NCBI GenBank assembly: GCA_964443805.1
Contig: CAYUEQ010000002.1
Location: 1 to 35,957 of the forward strand
Length of the DNA stretch: 35,957 nucleotides
DNA from: an uncultured Muribaculaceae bacterium
Lineage (GTDB): Bacteria; Bacillota_I; Bacilli_A; RF39; UBA660
Reading direction: 5' to 3'
In this document: one piece after another, positions 15,321 through 23,856 of the stretch
Layout of the letters: each line of letters starts with the position of its first letter
How positions within the stretch are numbered: position 1 is the stretch's first letter
Program-made: the position numbers and the translations under genes
The notes under the pieces: generated by a model
The model's input: only the letters and a program-made list of their open reading frames with translations
Database searches by the model: none
Told to the model about the DNA's origin: nothing

Positions 15321-15328
15321 TGTTTTTT

Positions 15329-16054
15329 TTATTCACTTTTATAAACAAATATAAATCTTTCTCTTTTTGTATAATCTTTTTCTATACTATATTTATGATT
15401 AGGTAATTCTTTTTTTATAATATTTACAATGTCTTTTCCTTGATGATGAGCAATTTCAAATGCAATTAACAATATATCTTTTTTTACAATTGACAATATA
15501 TGCTTATAAAATTGTATCTCATCCTTTTTAGGAAACAAAGCTTGTTGTGGCTCATATTTAGTTTGGATATCAACTGCTGAATTAATTGGTACATATGGAG
15601 GATTACAAACTATAACGTCATAGTCAATTTGTTTTTCTTTTAATATATCTTTATTATAAAATTTTACATTCGCATTATTTATTTTATTGCTTTTAATTGC
15701 AACTTTTATTGCTTTTTTAGATAATTCAAAAGCATCAATATCTTTATTTAGCTCTTTTGATAATGTTATTGCAATACAACCACTACCTGAACAAATATCT
15801 ACTATCTTTTTATTTTCTAGTTTTAATGTTTTTATTTTGTTTATAGTTTTTTCTACTAATAGTTCGGTTTCAACTCTGGGGATAAAAACATTTTTATTAA
15901 CTATTATTTTATGTCCAAAAAAATTAACATCTCCAATCAAATATTGAATTGGATATCCATTATTAATTTTTTTTACTATTCTATGTAATTTATTAGGATA
16001 TTTAGTCGAAAGCAATTCCCAATCTATTTTAGTTATATTTTTAGGTTTATTCAT
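15329..16054 (-). CDS. prmC: Release-factor glutamine N5-methyltransferase PrmC (HemK), short N-terminus
   Basis: 241 aa. SAM-binding VDICSGSGCIA and catalytic VCNPPYV. Overlaps the prfA stop by 8 nt. Confidence 0.85.
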   Translation of the reverse strand: MNKPKNITKIDWELLSTKYPNKLHRIVKKINNGYPIQYLIGDVNFFGHKIIVNKNVFIPRVETELLVEKTINKIKTLKLENKKIVDICSGSGCIAITLSKELNKDIDAFELSKKAIKVAIKSNKINNANVKFYNKDILKEKQIDYDVIVCNPPYVPINSAVDIQTKYEPQQALFPKKDEIQFYKHILSIVKKDILLIAFEIAHHQGKDIVNIIKKELPNHKYSIEKDYTKRERFIFVYKSE

Positions 16055-17108
16055 TAATTCCCGCTAGCTTTAATTTTTGATCTTCAGTAATTAATTTTTC
16101 AACAATTCCATCAAAATTACCATCCATTATATTATCTAAATCCATTAGAGTTAAACCAATACGATGATCTGTTACTCTATTTTGTGGATAGTTATATGTT
16201 CTTATTTTTTCCGAACGATCACCAGTACCTATTTTAGTTCTTCTTTCTTCCCCTAGTTCCTCTTCTTTTTTTCTCTCTTCTTCTTCAATTATTTTAGACT
16301 TTAAAATATCTAAAGCTTTTTGTTTATTTTTTAATTGACTTCTTTCATTTTGACAAGTTACTATTATTCCTGTTGGAAGATGAGTTATTCTAACAGCAGA
16401 GTCGGTTGTATTAACAGATTGTCCTCCTGCTCCTCCACTGTGATAAACATCAATTTTTAAGTCCTTTTCATTTATTTCCAAATTAATATCTTCTACTTCT
16501 GGTAGTACTGCAACCGTAGCAGTTGAGGTATGAACCCTCCCTTGGGTTTCAGTTTGAGGAACTCTTTGAACACGATGTGATCCACTTTCAAATTTTAATT
16601 TTGAGTATACATTTTCTCCTTTAATCATAAATTCTATTTGAGAATATCCGCCTGATGTTCCTTCCACTTCGTTTAAAACTTCTATTTTCCAGCCATTCTT
16701 TTCCCCATAACGAAAATACATGCGAAATAAATCACCAGCAAAAATATTAGCTTCATCTCCTCCTGCTGCACCTCTAATTTCCATTATAATGTTTTTATCA
16801 TCATTTGGATCTTTTGGTATTAACAGTATCTCCAACTCTTTTTCTAAATCATTTTTTTGGTTTTCTAAATCTCTTAATTCGTTACTAGCAATATCTTTCA
16901 TATCTTCATCTTGTAGTAATTCTTTTGTTCCTTCTATATCTTCTAAAGTTTTTTTATAAGTTAGATACTTTTCTACTATTTCTTCTAAAGTTTTCTTTTC
17001 TTTTGAAAGTTGAGTCATTTTTTTATAGTCTTCTAAAGTTTCTGGTTTAAGTAATTCATTATTTATTTCTTCATATTTTATATATATATTATTTAATCTT
17101 TCTATCAT
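16047..17108 (-). CDS. prfA: Peptide chain release factor 1
   Basis: 353 aa. GGAGGQSVNTTDSAVRITHLPTG (GGQ motif) and HRVQRVPQTETQGRVHTS (RF1-type P-x-T loop). Confidence 0.93.
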   Translation of the reverse strand: MIERLNNIYIKYEEINNELLKPETLEDYKKMTQLSKEKKTLEEIVEKYLTYKKTLEDIEGTKELLQDEDMKDIASNELRDLENQKNDLEKELEILLIPKDPNDDKNIIMEIRGAAGGDEANIFAGDLFRMYFRYGEKNGWKIEVLNEVEGTSGGYSQIEFMIKGENVYSKLKFESGSHRVQRVPQTETQGRVHTSTATVAVLPEVEDINLEINEKDLKIDVYHSGGAGGQSVNTTDSAVRITHLPTGIIVTCQNERSQLKNKQKALDILKSKIIEEEERKKEEELGEERRTKIGTGDRSEKIRTYNYPQNRVTDHRIGLTLMDLDNIMDGNFDGIVEKLITEDQKLKLAGINE

Positions 17109-17143
17109 TGTTATCTCCTTTACATTTTTGTTTCTAGTAAAAG

Positions 17144-17590
17144 CTATAACATATCATCCGACTCCATCTCATCTTCACTTATAATAACTAAGTTTTTTAA
17201 TTCGTTTTCTGGTAAATCATCATCTTCATCATATGAATCTATATCTTCATCTTCTTCGTCTTCTTCTTCATTATCTTCATAATCAATATCATCTATACTA
17301 TCTAAAATTAAATCATTTTCATCAGTTTCAATAGTTACTTTTTGAGTATGATTATCTCTTAAATCAAAATATCCATCTACCATAATAAATCTTTTATCTG
17401 TTGATAATAACTCAAAGAAATCAGCTATTTGATTTTCAAATACTGAATCAGGTAACTTTAATACTTCACATATTTTTTTAAATAAATCTTGTATTTTAAT
17501 TTTTTTTGCTTTTTCTTTTAATATAATAAAAGCAATATCATCATAACCCATTGCTTCTAGTTCATCTGAGTTTAAATCTTTTAGTTTCAT
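17144..17590 (-). CDS. rpoE: DNA-directed RNA polymerase delta subunit
   Basis: 148 aa. HARE-HTH-like N-domain (YDDIAFIILKEKAKKIKIQDLFKKICEVL...ADFFELLSTDKRFIMVDGYFDLR) followed by a long D/E-rich tail. Confidence 0.8.
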   Translation of the reverse strand: MKLKDLNSDELEAMGYDDIAFIILKEKAKKIKIQDLFKKICEVLKLPDSVFENQIADFFELLSTDKRFIMVDGYFDLRDNHTQKVTIETDENDLILDSIDDIDYEDNEEEDEEDEDIDSYDEDDDLPENELKNLVIISEDEMESDDML

Positions 17591-17598
17591 AGGACCTC

Positions 17599-17955
17599 CT
17601 AATTTACAAATTCTATAATAATTTCGTTTTCATTATCAATATCTGTTTCAATAATATATGATAAATATATTCTATTTTTATCTACTTTGTATGAACTTTT
17701 AATAACTTCAATTAAAAATTCTTTACCCTCTACTTCGATAGTTGATTTAGTTTTTTTATTATCATATTTTATTTTAAAAATATACTCATTATTATTTCTT
17801 ATATATTCTATTTGATTTTCATCAAATGTTACTTGAATTTTAGAATTTTCTTCTTCAAATTCAAATCTATGAATATTTTTATCATAACTAACAATTATAT
17901 TCAAGTGTTTTGCGACTATTTTTTTATTTTTGTAAAGGTAAGTATTTATTTTCAT
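17599..17955 (-). CDS. DUF1934 (YwiB-like) small beta-barrel protein
   Basis: 118 aa, beta-rich, no TM helix. Start overlaps the argS stop. The position between argS and rpoE matches the Firmicute argS-ywiB pairing. The sequence match itself is judged weakly, by eye. Confidence 0.45.
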   Translation of the reverse strand: MKINTYLYKNKKIVAKHLNIIVSYDKNIHRFEFEEENSKIQVTFDENQIEYIRNNNEYIFKIKYDNKKTKSTIEVEGKEFLIEVIKSSYKVDKNRIYLSYIIETDIDNENEIIIEFVN

Positions 17956-19697
17956 TACATTTTCTCTGGTATTTCTATTCCTAAAATATTAATTAACTCA
18001 CAATTTAAATTGTAAACTATAGTAGATAATGTTAACCAAGAGTCTTTAGTTTCCAAATTTTTTTCATCTAAAATTCTATTTTCTGCATAAAAATTATTAT
18101 AAATATTTGTTACATTATAAAGAAACTCACAAATTTCATTTAAAGTTTTATTATTTAATGATTTTCTAATTATTTCTGGTAATTTTAATAATTCTAAAAT
18201 TAATAATCTCTCTTGTTTAGTAGTTATATTATTATATTTAGTTTGTTTTTTTTCTGCTTTACTTAATAATGATTTTATTCTAATTGTTGAATATAAAAGA
18301 TAAGGACCAGTTTTTCCATTCATATCGCAAAACTTTTCTGGATCAAATATATAATCAGTAGCTCTATTAGGAAGTAAATCTGCATATTTTATTGCTGAAA
18401 CTGCTAAAATTTCTGCTGTTTCGGTCTTTTTATCCTCATTAACTAAATCACTTAGTTTTTTATAGGTTTCATTATAAACATTTTCATAAAGTTCATTAAA
18501 ACTCATTACTCCGCCATCACGAGTTTTAAATGGCTTCCCATCTTTTCCATTCATTGTTCCAAATCCAATATGTTCTAATTTAACATTTTTAGGAACTATT
18601 TCAGCTTTATATGCAGCTCTGAATGTTTGAGTAAAGTGTAATTTTTGTCTTATATCCGTTAAATACCAAATTTCATCTAAATCAAATTTTTCTATACGCA
18701 TTAAAAGAGTAGCAAGTTCTGTAGTGTGATATAGTGCTGCACCATCTGATTTTTGTAATATTACAGGTGGAAGTGGAGGATTATCATCTTCTTTATTAAC
18801 TTTCATTATCAGTGCACCATCGCTTATTTGCGCCAAGTCTTTTTCTTTTATTATATTTATTGTTTTTTCAATATATTCTTCTGAATCACTTTCGCCATAC
18901 CAATAATCAAATTTTGTGTTAATTAAATCATATGATTTTTTAATATCTTTTTTAGATATGTCTGTTATTGCCTTCCATAAATCATAATAACCATTATTTC
19001 CTTCTTGAATTTTAACAGTTATTTCTTTTGCTTCTTTCATTATTTCATCATTTTCTTTGGCTTTTTTAGAAGCAATTGGATATATTTCTTCTAAGTCTTT
19101 ATTATTTATTGGTACTAAATCTTGATTTTTATTATCATAATTTTCACTAAAATAATTTAAATTAGGATATCTGTTTTTAATCTCTAGAAGTACCATTCCC
19201 AGTGGTAATCCCCAATCTCCTAAGTGAACATCTCCTATTGTTTCATAACCAACAGCTAATGTTAGTCTTTTTAAAGCCTCGCCTATATTTGCACTTCTAA
19301 AATGTCCTACATGGAGAGCTTTTGCAACATTTGCACCACCATAATCTAAAAGTACTCTTTTCTTTTCATATGTCCCTAATGCTTTTTTCACATCATCTTT
19401 TATTTGGTTGATATAGTTAATCAAAGCTTCCTCTGTTAATGATAAGTTAATAAATCCCGGCCCAGCTATATTTATATTTTCATAATTATTGTTCTTTTTC
19501 AATTCTTCTACTATCTTAGTTGCAATTTCCCTTGGATTTTCTTTATATTTTTTTGCTAAATTCATCGCACCGTTATATTGATAATCTCCTAAGTCAGGAC
19601 GATCTGATACAGTTAATTCCATATCTTTATCTTCATAACCTAACATAATTAATATCTCTTTTAAATCTTCTTTTTGTTGTGTAATGAAATCTTTCAT
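17955..19697 (-). CDS. argS: Arginine--tRNA ligase
   Basis: 580 aa. HIGH-type motif NVAKALHVGHFRS, class I catalytic core and a C-terminal DALR-like anticodon-binding domain (...AEILAVSAIKYADL...). Confidence 0.9.
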   Translation of the reverse strand: MKDFITQQKEDLKEILIMLGYEDKDMELTVSDRPDLGDYQYNGAMNLAKKYKENPREIATKIVEELKKNNNYENINIAGPGFINLSLTEEALINYINQIKDDVKKALGTYEKKRVLLDYGGANVAKALHVGHFRSANIGEALKRLTLAVGYETIGDVHLGDWGLPLGMVLLEIKNRYPNLNYFSENYDNKNQDLVPINNKDLEEIYPIASKKAKENDEIMKEAKEITVKIQEGNNGYYDLWKAITDISKKDIKKSYDLINTKFDYWYGESDSEEYIEKTINIIKEKDLAQISDGALIMKVNKEDDNPPLPPVILQKSDGAALYHTTELATLLMRIEKFDLDEIWYLTDIRQKLHFTQTFRAAYKAEIVPKNVKLEHIGFGTMNGKDGKPFKTRDGGVMSFNELYENVYNETYKKLSDLVNEDKKTETAEILAVSAIKYADLLPNRATDYIFDPEKFCDMNGKTGPYLLYSTIRIKSLLSKAEKKQTKYNNITTKQERLLILELLKLPEIIRKSLNNKTLNEICEFLYNVTNIYNNFYAENRILDEKNLETKDSWLTLSTIVYNLNCELINILGIEIPEKM

Positions 19698-19728
19698 TAA
19701 TCTTTACCTACCTTTTTTCACTGCACAG

Positions 19729-19757
19729 ATTATAACATAAGAAATATATAATTGCAC
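19729..19757 (-). promoter_or_regulatory. Candidate extended -10 promoter for argS
   Basis: The minus strand reads GTGCAA-N17-TATAAT with an upstream TG (TGTTATAAT). The -35 is weak. The 5' UTR is short, and no T-box element was seen. Confidence 0.3.
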
Positions 19758-19801
19758 TTATAATTTCCTTTTTTTTCTTCATACTAACTTTAGGTGATAA
19801 T

Positions 19802-21712
19802 TTGAAAAAAGTAGGAATTTTATTTAAACTTGGTGTATTTTTATTTATATCTTTGATTGTTATTATCATTGCTCTGTATACTTACGCTTACTTTAGTCCA
19901 AAAATATCTATTAAGTCTGCAAATCAAATGTATATATATGATTCTAATGAAGAATTAGTTTTTCAGGGGTCCGGAACAAGCAAATGGATTGAATTAGATG
20001 ATATTTCTCCACATTTAATTAATGCAGTAATTAGTGTTGAAGATAAGTATTTTTATCAACATCAAGGTTTTGATATTCCAAGAATTGTAAAAGCCTTATA
20101 TTTAAATGCTAAAAACAGAGAAATAGTTCAAGGAGCATCAACAATATCACAACAGTATATAAAGTACATGTATTTAACTTTTGATCAAACGTGGCAAAGA
20201 AAGATTGAGGAAGCATTACTAACTCTTAATTTGGAAGTCCACTATAATAAAGATGATATTTTAGAAGGATATTTAAATACTATTAACTTTGGACAAGGAA
20301 ATTATGGAATTGAAAATGCTAGTAATTATTATTTTAATAAATCTGCCAGTGAATTAAATCTTGAGGAATCAATAATTTTAGCAGGTATTCCTAAAAGACC
20401 AACTAGATTTAATCCGGTTTTTGATTATGATGAAGCGATAAAAAGAGCTAAAATAGTTGCAAATGCAATGTTAAACAACGAAAAAATTACACAAGAAGAA
20501 TATGATTCGTTATTTATTGAAAAGTTAGATATTTATGGTCAAAAAAATTCTAATAATTTAAATACTTTAATGTACTATCAAGATGCTGTCTTAAAAGAAT
20601 TAGAAAGTTTACCGCAAATACCAAATTCATTATTAGAAACTGGTAGTATTAAAGTTTATACTAACTTAAATTTAGAATCGCAAACAGTATTAGAAAATGC
20701 TATAAATTCTAATATTAATGATGACGAGTCGCAAGTAGCTAGTATTGTTGTAAATCCAAAGAATGGTGCAATTGAAGCATTAAGCGGAGGAATTGATTAT
20801 GCAAAAAGTCAATTTAATAGAGCGACTAATGCAAAAAGACAAGTAGGGTCTGCAATTAAAACTTTATTATATTATGCAGCTTTAGAAAATGGTTTTACAT
20901 CTTCTTCAACATTTACAAGTGAACCTACTACTTTTGCGTTTTCTAATAATAAAACTTATTCACCTTCAAATTATAACGATATATATGCTAATGATCAAAT
21001 AACAATGGCTGCTGCTATTGCTTATTCAGACAATATTTATGCAGTTAAAACTCATTTGTTTTTAGGACAAGAAACCTTAGTTAATACTGCGCATAAAATG
21101 GGTATTAAAGCGAAAATAGAACCTCATGCGTCTTTGGCTCTTGGTTCAAGTGAGTTGAGCGTTATTGATTTTGCTACTGCATATGCTACTTTAGCAAGTG
21201 GTGGGTATTATAATGAATTATATTTCATTTCTAAAGTAGAAGATATGCAAGGTAACACCATCTATGAAAAACAAAATAATAAAAATTTAGTTCTAAATCC
21301 TAATTATGTGTATATTTTAAATGAATTATTAACAACCACATATAATTCATCGTTTATAAGTTATAGTACTCCTACTGCTATTACTTTAGCTTCAAAAATA
21401 TCGAGAAAGTACTCAATCAAAAGTGGTTCTACAGGTACCGATTTTTGGATAGCAGGATATAATCCAGACAAATTATCAATTGTATGGCATGGTAAAGATG
21501 ATAGTTCAACTATGAATCCTAGGCAATCAAATGTCTCAAAAAATATCTGGGTTGATACTATGGAAGGTATTTTAAAAGATAAAGAAGATTCATGGTATGA
21601 AATACCAGATAATATTATTGGTTTACCATTAAATCCTATTTCAGGAACACCTAATTCAAATGAGAAAAACACCTTGTTTTATTATGTGAAAGGTACTGAA
21701 TTAACAAATTAA
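19802..21712 (+). CDS. Class A penicillin-binding protein (GT51 glycosyltransferase + transpeptidase)
   Basis: 636 aa with an N-terminal TM anchor. GT51 motifs ISVEDKYFYQHQGFD, GASTISQQ and RKIEEALL. Transpeptidase motifs GSAIKT (SxxK), SDN and KSGSTG. TTG start after AGGTGA. One of the few genes transcribed toward the origin. Confidence 0.88.
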   Translation: MKKVGILFKLGVFLFISLIVIIIALYTYAYFSPKISIKSANQMYIYDSNEELVFQGSGTSKWIELDDISPHLINAVISVEDKYFYQHQGFDIPRIVKALYLNAKNREIVQGASTISQQYIKYMYLTFDQTWQRKIEEALLTLNLEVHYNKDDILEGYLNTINFGQGNYGIENASNYYFNKSASELNLEESIILAGIPKRPTRFNPVFDYDEAIKRAKIVANAMLNNEKITQEEYDSLFIEKLDIYGQKNSNNLNTLMYYQDAVLKELESLPQIPNSLLETGSIKVYTNLNLESQTVLENAINSNINDDESQVASIVVNPKNGAIEALSGGIDYAKSQFNRATNAKRQVGSAIKTLLYYAALENGFTSSSTFTSEPTTFAFSNNKTYSPSNYNDIYANDQITMAAAIAYSDNIYAVKTHLFLGQETLVNTAHKMGIKAKIEPHASLALGSSELSVIDFATAYATLASGGYYNELYFISKVEDMQGNTIYEKQNNKNLVLNPNYVYILNELLTTTYNSSFISYSTPTAITLASKISRKYSIKSGSTGTDFWIAGYNPDKLSIVWHGKDDSSTMNPRQSNVSKNIWVDTMEGILKDKEDSWYEIPDNIIGLPLNPISGTPNSNEKNTLFYYVKGTELTN

Positions 21713-21714
21713 AA

Positions 21715-21734
21715 AAGTCATTTTAAAATGACTT
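21715..21734. terminator. Bidirectional terminator between the convergent PBP and noc-like genes
   Basis: Perfect 20-nt palindrome AAGTCATTTTAAAATGACTT flanked by an A-run (5') and a T-run (3'). Confidence 0.55.
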
Positions 21735-23085
21735 ATTTTTCTATTTTAATAACTATTTGATAAAGTTTATCAAAATCAATTTCTTCTGTATCAACTATAA
21801 AACCACTTTGTTCTAATTGTTTTACAGTATCTCTCATAGTAATTATTGCGTTGCTAATATCTAATCCTGATTCGTTTGTAACTACCTCTTCATCTTTACC
21901 AATTAAATCAACTGGATCGACTATATCATCATCTGCAAATGGAGAAATAAATAAATTATCTGTTATTGGTTTTTTTACTACTTCTTCTACTTGATTAATA
22001 GGTTCATTTACTAACGACTCAAGTGGTTGTTCAACAAATTCCTCTTGTTGATTAATTTGTGGTGTTAAATCTAATTGTTCAACATTATCACTAAAGTCGA
22101 GTATCTCAGGTTGTGGTTGGGCAGCTGGCTGCTCAAATAAATTTTGTGTTGGATTGTTTTCGAATAAGTTTTCTCCCTGAGGTTGTTCTGGATTAAGTTC
22201 CGGTAATGTAAATGGTTTTTGATTTTCTTCTTTTTTCTCATTATTAAATAATGGTGTTTCTTCAGGTTGCATATCCATATTTGCTGGTGCCTCTTCCAAA
22301 AAGTTAAAAAACTTGTTTTCTCTTACTTTTTCTTTTGGCTCTGGTTCTTCAACTTGAAAAGAAGGTTTTAATAAATCATCAATATTCTTTTCTTCTTGTA
22401 CTGGATTAAGATCTTCTGCATTGTTTTTTATATCTTCAATATTTGGTGTTATTTCAACTTTTGGAATATCTTCTTCTTTTTCACCAACTATTTTTGTTAT
22501 TTCATTATCTAATTGTCTAACTGTCATTCTTTCTTTTAATACTCTACTCAACATTGCTTTTTGGGCTTCTTTATCAGTTAATGATAATAAACTTCTAGCA
22601 TGCCTTTCAGAAATTTGTTCATTTAAAAGAGCATTTTGAACTGATTCATCTAAATTCAAAAGTCTTAATTTATTCGCAATTGAAGACTGAGATACACCCA
22701 TTTTTGTAGCTAATTGTTCTTGAGTTAAGTAATCTCTATCAAGTAATTTTTTATATGATAAAGCTTCTTCTATTGCTGTTAAATCTTTTCTTTGAACGTT
22801 TTCTACAATAGCTATTTCAGCACTAGTATTATCATCTATATTAGTAACAATAGATGGAACTGTTTTAAGTCCAGCTATATTTGCTGCTTTATATCTTCTT
22901 TCACCAGCGATAATTTCATATTTATCTCCAACTTTTCTTAATACTAAAGGTTGAATAATACCATGTTCTTTTATAGAAGTAGCTAAATCATTTAAAGCTT
23001 TGTCATCAAAATTTAACCGTGGTTGAAAACGGTTTGGAATGATATCTTCTACATTGACTTGTATAATTTCTGATTCTAAATCCAT
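21733..23085 (-). CDS. noc: ParB-family nucleoid-occlusion-like protein (Noc-like) with a ~200-aa low-complexity insertion
   Basis: 450 aa. ParB N-domain (IIPNRFQPR...GIIQPLVLRK..YEIIAGERRYKAA), HTH (TQEQLATKMGVSQSSIANKLRLLNL), ISERHARSLLSL, and a C-terminal 42 aa (ISNAIITMRDTVKQLEQSGFIVDTEEIDFDKLYQIVIKIEK). That tail resembles the B. subtilis Noc C-terminus as I recall it. Residues ~201-405 are acidic/Q/P-rich. Lies directly downstream of rsmG, as noc does. Confidence 0.75.
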   Translation of the reverse strand: MDLESEIIQVNVEDIIPNRFQPRLNFDDKALNDLATSIKEHGIIQPLVLRKVGDKYEIIAGERRYKAANIAGLKTVPSIVTNIDDNTSAEIAIVENVQRKDLTAIEEALSYKKLLDRDYLTQEQLATKMGVSQSSIANKLRLLNLDESVQNALLNEQISERHARSLLSLTDKEAQKAMLSRVLKERMTVRQLDNEITKIVGEKEEDIPKVEITPNIEDIKNNAEDLNPVQEEKNIDDLLKPSFQVEEPEPKEKVRENKFFNFLEEAPANMDMQPEETPLFNNEKKEENQKPFTLPELNPEQPQGENLFENNPTQNLFEQPAAQPQPEILDFSDNVEQLDLTPQINQQEEFVEQPLESLVNEPINQVEEVVKKPITDNLFISPFADDDIVDPVDLIGKDEEVVTNESGLDISNAIITMRDTVKQLEQSGFIVDTEEIDFDKLYQIVIKIEK

Positions 23086-23124
23086 ACTATAAGCCCCTTT
23101 TTCTATTCTTATTAATATTCTAAC

Positions 23125-23856
23125 TTATATTTTAGTTTTTTTCAATGGATATTTAAGAATTTGATCATAGCGTCTTGGATATTTATCACTAGTTGGTTTA
23201 ACTTTATTTATTTCAATTAATGTTCTCTCACTTTTTTCAATTGGTAAATAAAATTTTTCAATTGTAGTTATTTCACTATTTAAAATATCTGCTGTTTCTT
23301 TACCTAATTTAATTTCTTCTTCATTTTCTTTTGCTTTCATTGCAATAAACTTACCATTTACTTTTAAATAAGGAACAGAAAGTTCGATTAAGATATTTAA
23401 TGCTGATACTGCTCTTGCTACTACAACATCATAATTCTCTTTTTTATTTTTAATATATTCTTCTGCACGTTCATTTACAATTTCTAGATTAGTTAAATTT
23501 AATTTTTCTTTAACTAATTTTAAAAAGTAAGTTTTTTTATTATTAGAATCTAGTAATGTAATCTTTAGGTTCGGAAAAAATAGTTTTAATATGATTCCTG
23601 GGAATCCTGCTCCACTACCTATATCTAATAATTTTAGGTCTTTATTTAAATCTATAACTTTAATTAAAGTCAATGAATCATATATGTGTTTTAAGTACAC
23701 ATCTTCTTTGTTTTTTATAGCAGTAAGGTTATATTTACTGTTTTCTTCTAATAATATTTCATAAAATAACTCTATTTTTTCCTGTATTTCAGGGCGATAG
23801 TCAATATTCAATAGTTCTAATTCTTTTTTCAATATTTCGTTATTCATGTTTACCAT
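23125..23856 (-). CDS. rsmG: 16S rRNA (guanine527-N7)-methyltransferase RsmG (GidB)
   Basis: 243 aa. LLDIGSGAGFPGI SAM motif and typical GidB length. Follows mnmG. Confidence 0.9.
   Translation of the reverse strand: MVNMNNEILKKELELLNIDYRPEIQEKIELFYEILLEENSKYNLTAIKNKEDVYLKHIYDSLTLIKVIDLNKDLKLLDIGSGAGFPGIILKLFFPNLKITLLDSNNKKTYFLKLVKEKLNLTNLEIVNERAEEYIKNKKENYDVVVARAVSALNILIELSVPYLKVNGKFIAMKAKENEEEIKLGKETADILNSEITTIEKFYLPIEKSERTLIEINKVKPTSDKYPRRYDQILKYPLKKTKI

Noticed and set aside
19707-19781. 24-codon ORF MKKKKEIISAIIYFLCYNLCSEKR upstream of argS (minus strand), as a possible leader peptide
   Set aside because: It has no SD and overlaps the candidate argS promoter elements. It has no Arg-codon run of the kind expected for an attenuation leader.
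13015-22639. Antisense ORFs 13015-13239, 14235-14579, 15687-15947, 16720-16959, 17812-18015, 21361-21672 and 22421-22639
   Set aside because: All are embedded opposite murA, mntP, prmC, prfA, DUF1934/argS, the PBP and noc respectively. None has an SD or recognisable motifs.
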